DNA of 64,000 nt from Paraspadella gotoi (taxonomy: Eukaryota > Animalia > Chaetognatha), in assembly GCA_051294375.1 (NCBI GenBank), contig CM119269.1, positions 460,272 through 524,271 on the forward strand. The letters run 5' to 3'. The notes beneath the pieces are model-generated. The model was given only the letters and a program-made list of their open reading frames with translations. It made no database searches and was not told the origin of the DNA. Every line of letters starts with the position of its first letter. Position 1 is the first letter of the stretch. Made by a program: the position numbers and the translations under genes. Of this stretch, positions 54,835-64,000 are shown piece after piece.

Positions 54835-55987
54835 AGTCAATTCAAGAGCAGAAAGAGCAAGGGGGAGAATCAAACCCGCCTTCTGGGGTCTGTTTCCTTT
54901 GCGGGGTCTTTAACCCGTCAAATAATCCACGGTTCCCAGACCTAGAGGCTCTTTTATCAGAGAGCTTTCTTTCATTTTTTTCTTTATACTTCAAATCTTA
55001 ATAGTTTATTCATTTTTTTCAATTTCTGGTTATTAGATTGCCTTTTTTTTTTCGTTTATTCTAGTCTGCCTTTCATCCTAAAATTTAATGCTTGTCCCAC
55101 GCATTTTCTTGTTTAACCAAAACACAATCCGGATTGGTCCTGTTATTTTTGTTTTTATGCCTTTTTTGTTGTTCGTCGTGTATTTGTCGTTTTGTCATTT
55201 TGTCAAGAATGCGCTTGATCTGCATTAAATCTTGAAAAATATAAGGAATTGGTGATCCTGATTTCAAGTTCTCGTTTTTTTTTTTAGAAATATAGAATTG
55301 ACTTTAATCAATGTTTCATAAACCGAATTAGCTATTCCAAAGAATTCAAGTTTTCTCATTTTCAAATTCTCTCAGGTTCTCGTTTTCTGTTTTGAACTTC
55401 ATTCTCTGCTATTTAAAGCGGATCTTGATTATTGTAATCTTTAATTTGAGCCGGACAATGTCAAAGGCTTTATGTTTTGTGACAGGTCTGTCATTAGTGT
55501 TAGTCAAGAAACTATAAAAGGGTAGCGCAAGTCAAGTTGAAGTTTTGTTCAAATAATTTTAAAAATATATGAAGTACCATGTCGTCAAATGTTTTATAGG
55601 ACGAGCACAGAAAAAATTAACAGGACTTAGCTAACTAATGGATAGATCATATGGGTGCTAAAGCCTTTTTTTTTAGGTCGGTACCCGTAGATCTCCTTGT
55701 AGAATTAAGAATTTATTTTTAATCTAAATTGGCAAGGAGACAACCGAGACAAACGAAACCTCTCGCAGACGATTTTCTCGAACGAAATCTTTTCTCGAAA
55801 AGGTCAGTTGGTGACTTTTTCCTTCTTTTGTTTTCCCTGTCTTCACTCTTTTTTCTTTTAACTAATTTTGAAAATTTTCCTTCATTTCTTGGCAAAATTG
55901 GAATTAAATTATAAACGCGATTTGAACAAAAATTTTCACTGTGTCGCCACGTTAAAAAAAAAAAAGATTTTCGCTTTCAGTTAAAAA

Positions 55988-57499
55988 ATGAACGCGATTT
56001 TCCTGTTTTTATCTTTCGTGGTTTCTTTTGCCGCGACAACTTTAAGAGAGAAAAAGTTGGTAAGTTTAACTGATGACGAAGTTTTCCAATCTTAAATCAT
56101 AGTAAACCTCGTTTTTCGAATTTCGTTACAGATGCTGCAAGGAACCACAAACTATGCGGTGGTTGACGGCCAGACGAGGTATAATTTTCAAGTTTTTTTT
56201 CAAGGTATAAAATTTTTGGTATTTGACCAAAAAAGTGATTTCATTCAGGATTAAATTAAAAATAGTAGTTATCAAAGCTTATGAATTATACATTATTGTT
56301 CCTCCTCTGATATTTACTTCGTATTATCCTTTACCGGGTCCCCGCTTAAAACTCCCTCAGACTCGTCGCAATCGAGTTTCCGTGTTTGGTTTTTTTTGTT
56401 TTTTTGTTTTGTTTCTCCTTTTATGTTTTTCGATTTGTTTTTATTGATTCTCTAACAACTCGCTGAACAGATGTCTCTCTCCGACAGATGCGGCCCAATA
56501 AATGACAGGTGTCGAATTGGCGTTTCACCCATGAACGACTCCATCGAACGAACCCCGAATCAACGAATCCTTGGCCTTAACTCGAGGGAAGGGATCCGGT
56601 CGTGATTGAAGTCCTCATAGTTGTCCTTTTCTTTATTTACGTCGTTTCCGCTATTTTTATCCTCATCTGAGGTGTCGCTACCGAACTCATTCGTTGCCAT
56701 CGTCTCGTAAATATGCGATAAAAAATGACGCAAACAAATGGCGAATTGCGTAAATTATAAAGATAATTCAATATTCGATCCCAGGTGGCGCAGGAACGAA
56801 TCTCGATCTAGAAGAAAGAAGAAAAAGTTGAAGAAAAAAAAGAAAAAGACAAGAAAAGGAAAGGAACCTCGAAAACGAAAGAAATTACCGTCTCGCCTCA
56901 AGGGGCCAGCTTATTACAAGGCGTTGCTTAAAACCGACAAGTACAAGGGTCTGGCCCACTCCTTCATCTGCCCTGGACCGGGTATTCGAGTAAGAAACCC
57001 TTCGAGATGCACGTCCGTCTATTACAAGTGCGTCTACGAAGGCGGTATTGGCAAGCGGGAAAAGTGCGCCAAAGGTAAACGTGGTCGAGATTCAATTAAT
57101 ACTATCATCCTACAGCCATTTTTTTCAATTAATACTATCATCCTACAGCCTTTTTTTTTTACCAAAACGGGCTCGGGCTATCCTAGGCAGAGAACGAACT
57201 TTTAACTAAGCACTAAACGAATACATTTAATAAAGAAATAAGTCATGAGAAATAAAATTCAATTTTTAGGCCTGGTTTGGGACGTCGACCGTAAGACTTG
57301 CGATTGGAAAGACAACGTTTTCTGCGATAAAACGACGACGACGACGACGACGACGGTTTCGTGGGCGACGACGACGACGACGACGAGAAAAAAACAAAGG
57401 AAAATCCCAATGACATTTGGGAAATTTCTTTTGACCAAACTCGATCGAAAATTCCCAACGCCTCCGGTGAGCTTAACTCGACCAGCTCTCCTTTATTGA
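55988..57499 (+). CDS. Secreted polybasic protein with a chitin-binding type-2 (CBM14/peritrophin-A) domain; exons 55988-56059, 56132-56178, 56488-56508, 56785-57074, 57270-57499
   Basis: Signal MNAIFLFLSFVVSFA; phase-compatible GT-AG introns; six-Cys CPGPG..NPSRCTSVYYKC..EKCAKGLVWDVDRKTCDWKDNVFC; Thr-rich tail. The 3' end could splice further at ~57466. Confidence 0.82.
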
Positions 57500-59095
57500 G
57501 AGACGGGCGAGCGAAAGGATCTTTCTCCAAGCCAGGGACGTGCGGATTTTTTTTAAGGCCAGCGCTTAGTCTCGGTGCCTACAAAAGCTTCTAATGTAAT
57601 TGTTAAAAGGCTAGTAGTGTATCACTGTATTGAGTTAAACGTATTATCTCATTTCTCTGTAATATCGTTAGCGTTCCTCTCGAATCCCTTCACATTCTCC
57701 CTCACAATCAAAGCAATTTCTTACTTTTTGTGTCCGTAAAGAAATTTTAAAAATATTTAAAATCTTTCATCTGAGGGTTGACTCTTCTTAATTTCAACTT
57801 CGATTTTCAACCGAAGCCGTAAGGATCCTCATTATCTGCGTTGACTATCTGAACCCTATATCTGTCGATATATCTATATCTGTCAATATGTCCGTCAAAT
57901 TTATTAATTGGAATTGAACGATTTATTCTTTTTAAGACAACAATATAATATTTAACCATGTAAAAACACAGTTAACGAACTGACTCATCTAAACATTCCA
58001 AAAAAAGACATTTTGTTGACCTTCGGTATAACGGTAACCGCTTTTGCTTACCACCTGCTTTGCTCCCAATGTTCGCCAGCCTTTCTGGATCAAAGACGGA
58101 GGACTTGCCGCGGCCGTGATTCCGTACAGAAAGAAGGAGCCCGCGGCACTTAAGGGGTACGCCCACATTCTCTCCACCAATGGACTTGCAGCAACCACCG
58201 TCATTTTTATCTTGATTTACTTAACTACTATTATCGATTAATTTGAATTAAAAAAGGCGAAAAAAAAATGTTCTGACATCTTTCATGACGAGTTAGTTAA
58301 TCGCGATTTAGAATCGATATTTATTTTTTAAAAAATCACAGTTACACTTACACAAAATACATTTACGTAGGAATGATAAAAATAAAAAATTGTTTAACCC
58401 TCCACTTACAAATACATTTTGGCGCTAGGAAATCAATTTAATATAATTATGAAATAGTTAACAGAGTGAAGCTGCTGATTTTGATTTTGCGCCAATTAAG
58501 GGGGTACAATATTGGTAACCACATATGAAGCACAGGATTTGTGTTCTTATATTAATAGGTGTGAACTGATTAAAATTTTTAAAATAATTTATATGCGAGG
58601 AAACTTCAAAAATTAAAGGTTCTTTACGGTAAATGTACAAGAAAACTTTCTATTTTATTTACATGTAAAATTAATACAAAAGATTAAAACCCAAAAATAA
58701 AAAAAATAAATAAAATGAAAGACAGAATGCATTGGATGGAGAAAAACAAGAACCTTGATAGAAAAAGCAAGGGAAATAGAGAGAGAGATCATAAAAACGG
58801 AACTGAACTAAAACTAAATACATTGTCATAATTCATTTTAGCGATATGATATCATCGGATAAAGTTTACTGGCCCAATAATTTTAATGAGAATAAAAAAT
58901 GGCGTTTGGTAGGATTTAAAAAAAAATACAGAGCATATCGAAGGATAATTCAATTGACAAAATACAGATATGGTACCTTCCCTCCTTTTTCCTCCATCTC
59001 TCTCTCCGTCTCCCTCTCCCTCTCCCTCTCTCTCTCCGTCCTCTCGTTTGAAAGAATTAGTTCCATTAACGCCAGGCGTCCCAACGGACGATCAT

Positions 59096-60041
59096 TCACA
59101 ATGAAGTCACTATCAGCGTCGAGCCTTTTCCTTTTTCTCCGCTCACTTTTTTTCTTCCGCCAAAATCAGAAGCGACTGACAAATCGGTTTCGTCTCCGCT
59201 TTCGCCGCCGCCGCCGCCGCATGCGACTGCGACGCCGCCTCCGACTGCGGCGCCCTCTGAAACATTCGCCCGTTCTTTTGTTTCCTGGTTTTTCTCCTCA
59301 TTCTCCGTCGTCTCCGCCGAATCGTCCCGATCTTCGGTCTCTTCTTCCTCTTCCTCTTCCCCTCTCCCGCAAGACTCGACCGGCGACGGCGAAGTGACGC
59401 TAATTCCCGGCAACAAACTGCGTTCGCCTTTCTCGCGCTTTTCCTCGACCGGTTCCGCCCATTTTCTCGGCGATTTCCCTGCCAGTGACGAGACGCCGCC
59501 TTCGCTTCCGCTTGACTCGCCGGCGTCCAACGAGGAAACGGAGGATACCTCATCGCCTCTCTCGCCGGCGCCTCCGCCGGTGACGTCGCTTCCACCCGAA
59601 GTCAAAGCCTCGTCCGACGAACCGTTGGAGGGGCGGCCGACCGTCGTAGAGTCGCTCGGCCCCGGCAATCCTGGGGGGACGGGCAAGGTGCCTGGAAAGA
59701 GGCTCGGCAAGAATTCGGCGCCGGGATAAATGCGTTGCATGGCGGAGGCTGACGGCGTCGACGTCCGAGGAAGGGAGAAGTGAGCAAATGGCGACGCCAC
59801 TTCGTTCAGGTCGACGAGGTGGCATTCTGTGGAAGGGGGGGGGTCGTTGGGGTCTCTAACATTTCTTTCACTCTTTATTTTATTTTTTCTCCACTCACGC
59901 GGAATGAACGGATCGTTAAATTCCCAATTCACAGCGTCTGTCGGAATCGCAGTCGACAACTTGGTCACGCCCTTCTGATCGCGTCTCGATTCGTCCTGCG
60001 GATAGATGGAAGCGAAGATCAATAAATTTAGGATAAGTTTT

Positions 60042-60112
<71 letters not shown>

Positions 60113-60432
60113 GGCCGACCCTGCCCCTCACCATAACTCCTGACTTTGAGCTCGATGCTTTCCGTATCATCTTCCATTCTCTTCCCTTTTCCTTCTCTCT
60201 GCGATTTCCGATGCGACCGGGATCTCGAACGCCGCCCTTCTCGTCCCTTCGTCGTCGTTCGCTGATCGTCGCCGGCTGTCGGGCATTCGACGCCGCCCTT
60301 GCCCGGTCTCAACGGCTTGCCCGACGGGAGTAAGTGGGGCGGTGGGAAAGCGTCGGGCGGGATAACGGGCCGGTAGAGGGCGGAAGAATAATAGGCGGGT
60401 GGCATCATGTAGCGGCGAGGCAGGGTGGCCAT
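59096..60432 (-). CDS. Unknown Pro/Ser/Glu-rich, probably disordered protein (spliced)
   Basis: GC-rich open frames with plausible junctions (IELK|gtcagg..ccgcag|DESRR; gtgagt..ccacag near 59826-59899) and an upstream acceptor at ~60445; no recognisable domain. Confidence 0.55.
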
Positions 60433-62076
60433 AGGGTGTAGATGCTAGGGGGAAAAAAGAAAGGATTGTGGCCGTTATTATCATAGTTGTATTCGCTAGA
60501 TGTCCCGAAATTTGGGTGAAAAATACATTTAAATATGAAAAAACTGCTAAAATAAACTGTCCTCGAATGGTAAGCTCACCCACTCACAAATTCTATGAAA
60601 ATCTTTCTGAAAACATTTCAAAATTTGAGTTTGAAAAAGTCATGTTAAGAAATCGATTTTTTTTCTGGGGAAGAAGAAAAGAAAAAAATGTGAATGGAGA
60701 AAATGTGATGGATCTGAAAAAGTGAAATGTGGTGAACAGAGAGGAACGTGTATGAACGAGTGAAGTAGATTGAGGGGGAAGATAAACTCCGCGCGTGATT
60801 ATTGACAGAATGCAACACACACACTGGGGGAGAACTTTTTCTTCTAAAATACAAAGTCGTCGCTTTCAGCAAAATCCAACACCAACCGTTAAAACAATTT
60901 AGTCCGCTACAATATTCATCCATGGTTCCTTTTTGTAAAAGTATCATCTCGAAAACCTTAAACATCCTTGGGCCTCAGCATCGCCTTTCCTCCATTTCCG
61001 CCCCCTACCTGCAACCAGGCGGCGTCCCCTATGGCGTATCCAGTCGTTAATTCCGTCTGACTTGATCGGCCCACCTTTGATCTCGGAGACCGGAAGTGAG
61101 TCTGCGTGTAGGCGTGGCACCCGGGGTTGGGTCGGAGATTGGGCTAAAGGAAAAGAATCAAGGAATTCGCGCGCGTCTGGTTGGTGACGGTTTAAGGTTT
61201 ACGATTCTTTTCAGATGCAATCTTTACGTTCGATGTTAGCACGTATTAAATGTACTCTATAAGTCACTTTGTGGTCGGTCGGTCTGTCAATCCTACTTAG
61301 GTTTAAATGCTCATCAGTCCGGTAATATAAAATCAATTAATTTATATTTGGTAAGAAGGAAAGGTACAAAGAGAGCTACCGGTACCCACCTCAAAATAAT
61401 TAATTTAGTGAAATAATCACAAGTCACATTAATTTTTTTTAAATTCTATGGCAAAATCAAGATGTTTTAGCTTCTAACTTCCAACCTTATAATTTTTAGC
61501 CAGGCAAAGTCAAGGCCCATTTGTTTTGTAATAGGTCAGTCAATTAAGGTATAAAAGGTAGTTAAAAAATTATGACTGACTGACAGACTGACCGAAAATT
61601 TACTTCTAGAGTGGCTCAGCGAATATTGAATTGCGGCGAAAAAACCTTGCACTTGTCTGTTTTTGTGTGTATAAAATATTTAGTTCTTTTTAAGAAATAT
61701 CATTTAATCATCAGAAAACAAATAATGAACGTCTGATAAAAGTAAAATAGCAGAGCTATCTATTGACAATAATGAACTCACTCGTTTTAATTATTTTGAA
61801 TTAGACAAATTCAGAGCCTGTCTTTCGCAGCTCCGCCATTTTTCTTTGAAAGAGAAACGTTCGAAAACGACAACGATAATTTAAAACACCGGAGCGAGAG
61901 CGAGAGCCCAGAGCGTTAGCGGGAGCCAAGGCGATTAGAAGGGAAATCACTGGGACTAGGATGGCCAAAGCAGGGTGAAAAAATCACAAATCAGAGCCAA
62001 CTCGCTTTTTTTCATCACATTAGGCAGAAAAAGGAGGTCTTTTAACGAAAGCCAGTCGCAAGAACGAGCGCGCTCT

Positions 62077-62132
<56 letters not shown>

Positions 62133-62880
62133 CTCTCTTCTCTCTCTCCTCTCTCACTCTCTCATCTCTCTCTCTCACCGAGTGTCTGACGACGTTTGCA
62201 TCGTTTTTCTTTGATTTGTCTCCGTCCTCGACTTCATTTTTCGTCTCAAGGTAGCGAAGGTAAGGATTCGACTGAAAAAAAAAAACGTTTCACTTGCACT
62301 TATCTCAGGCTCAGCCAAGCTATCAAAGCTAAAATACGCATGCGCTTTTTGACAGCGGGGAACCGGATCGGATTAAAGCATATTCCAGCTTTATAATCCA
62401 CTTTGTCGGTCGGTCTCACTTCCACCCTAAATTCACTTAAATGATATCAGAATATCGAATAATGAAAAAAAAAATTATGCGCGCGCGCCGCTCGTCTGAT
62501 CACCATTTATCAGAGTTTTCCCAGGCGGAAACTTCGCCGCCGACGCGACAGCGCCGCCTCCGCCGCGTCAGCGACGATAATACCGCGGCGTTGTAAACGA
62601 GACTCGAGGGTCGAAAGTTCGGCGAGACAATTGACTAGCAAATTACTTCGACTCTGATCCATCATGATGGGGAAGGGTTGGGATTTGGTATTACTACGTT
62701 ATTTACTTAAATTTATTTGACCAAAAAATAATAATTTGAAGAATCACATTTTAATTCTCATTTGATTTGACCTTTGATAATAACTTGGTTATGAAATTAC
62801 AAGGTTATTCCGTCCATTCTTCTTAAAGGATAATAACAGCTGGGCGCTGTGAGCTTTCAAAAATGACAGTCTCACACTAG

Positions 62881-62924
62881 CAGTCTCTTCGGAGGCGTGG
62901 CTTCGAATCACACAGCTGCCACCA
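62881..62924 (+). pseudogene. 3' half of tRNA-Leu with genomic CCA
   Basis: CAGTCTCTTCGGAGGCGTGGcTTCGAATCaCACaGCTGCCA-CCA matches the metazoan tRNA-Leu variable arm, T arm and acceptor; the 5' half is not intact. Confidence 0.75.
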
Positions 62925-63265
62925 CATTTAATGAAAAACTCATGGATTTCTAGGGGCGAGTCTACTGAAACTAGAATAAGCTAGGTCTATTTATAACTAA
63001 GGAAGAGGATCGGCGACAAGGGTAAAATATACAGTTCCCATGATTCTGCAAGCTGATTGGTCGAATCCGGTTTCATCCTTGACCAATCAGGATTCGGCGA
63101 TTCCATTTCCGCGGAGATCGCCCGAGTCTCCGATTCGATTTGCTTTTGGCGTCTTGATACTCCTGCGAGGCTAGTATTAGTGACGAAAATAAAGTCTCTA
63201 AGATTGATTCGACTTACCCTGTCGTGCAGGTAAGAGTTGTCCTCGGGCTTTTCCTTTCCAATCAG

Positions 63266-63637
63266 CTGGCGAAAGCTGCCGTGACGTCGCCACCCGTTGC
63301 TGGTACCCGAACAGTCGTCGAAGCTGATGCATTTCGACCTGAGGATCGGCGGATAAATCTACAGATGAAAAAACTTGCATCTTTAGCCTATCTCCACCCC
63401 CCCACCGGCCAAAACGAACCCCATCACCTGGTGGATCTGATGGAGCCCTCCTTCAAGAGAATGCCCGACGCCGATGCCGTGGACCGGATGCTGAGGCGAT
63501 GGGAGATTGTGCCGGAGGAGAGGGATTTAATGCTGGGCGCCGACTCCAACGCCGATCTCTTCCGCCGAAGCAGCACTTGCAGCAGAGGGAAGTGCTTCGT
63601 CATCGCCGTGCGGAATTTCACGTTGCGAAACGTGTAG
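63266..63637 (+). CDS. Possible coding exon of unknown protein
   Basis: GC-rich open frame after a pyrimidine-rich CAG acceptor, with CCAAT boxes at ~63055-63090; no motif recognised. Confidence 0.3.
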   Translation: MAKAAVTSPPVAGTRTVVEADAFRPEDRRINLQMKKLASLAYLHPPTGQNEPHHLVDLMEPSFKRMPDADAVDRMLRRWEIVPEERDLMLGADSNADLFRRSSTCSRGKCFVIAVRNFTLRNV

Positions 63638-64000
63638 CTAGGGTTTTGAATATTAAAATGGGGATGCTATTTGTATATTGGTTAATTAGTGTTTAGTATC
63701 GTGTTCGATTGAACATTAAATTTAACGATGTATCAATGCTCCAAATGCGAAAATCCGTCACCTGAGTCATCGTATTAAAACACAGGGTAAAGAAGAATAC
63801 GGAAATCAGCAAATAAACAAAAAATGTAGATAATCCATAATTGTTAATATGAAACAGCCACGCCGCCTGCCACTCACACGAATGGATTGTAGAGAGAGGC
63901 GCATTGGCGACGAGCGCCGCAAGTGTCGTCACGCGCGGCGTCAATAACGAGTGCACGTGCGGCGAAAACTGTCCGACCACCACCACCGTCGCGTACGGAC

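Overview
AG/CT-microsatellite-rich eukaryotic genomic DNA from an invertebrate animal. A cytoplasmic intermediate-filament (IF) gene with a long coil 1b and a lamin-tail domain points to a non-insect invertebrate, but the taxon cannot be fixed from the sequence. The assembly looks noisy: two N-gaps flanked by duplicated sequence, and scattered 1-bp indels in otherwise conserved genes. Spliced genes read by eye: IRE1 (9095-16844,+); an LRAT/NlpC-P60-like pseudoenzyme + AIG1-type GTPase + CaaX protein (18563-21673,+); an XK-related membrane protein (40858->23751,-) with a LINE fragment, itself split by an env-bearing Ty3/Gypsy element (26484-40068,-), lying between its two coding segments; a cytoplasmic IF gene (46797-54834,+); a secreted polybasic chitin-binding (CBM14) protein (55988-57499,+); and an orphan low-complexity gene (~59096-60432,-). 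Best candidates for something new: (1) the IF gene appears to have two mutually exclusive tails, a calmodulin-like four-EF-hand terminal exon versus the usual lamin-tail domain; (2) a retrovirus-like element combining a chuvirus/gB-like env, PPxY+PSAP late domains, an apparently inactive OTU-like insert in Pol and non-canonical CA...TG termini; (3) the pseudo-LRAT-GTPase-CaaX fusion; (4) a ~79-residue His/Ser/Thr/Asp repeat inserted in the IRE1 luminal domain. All family assignments come from motif recognition by eye; no database search was run.
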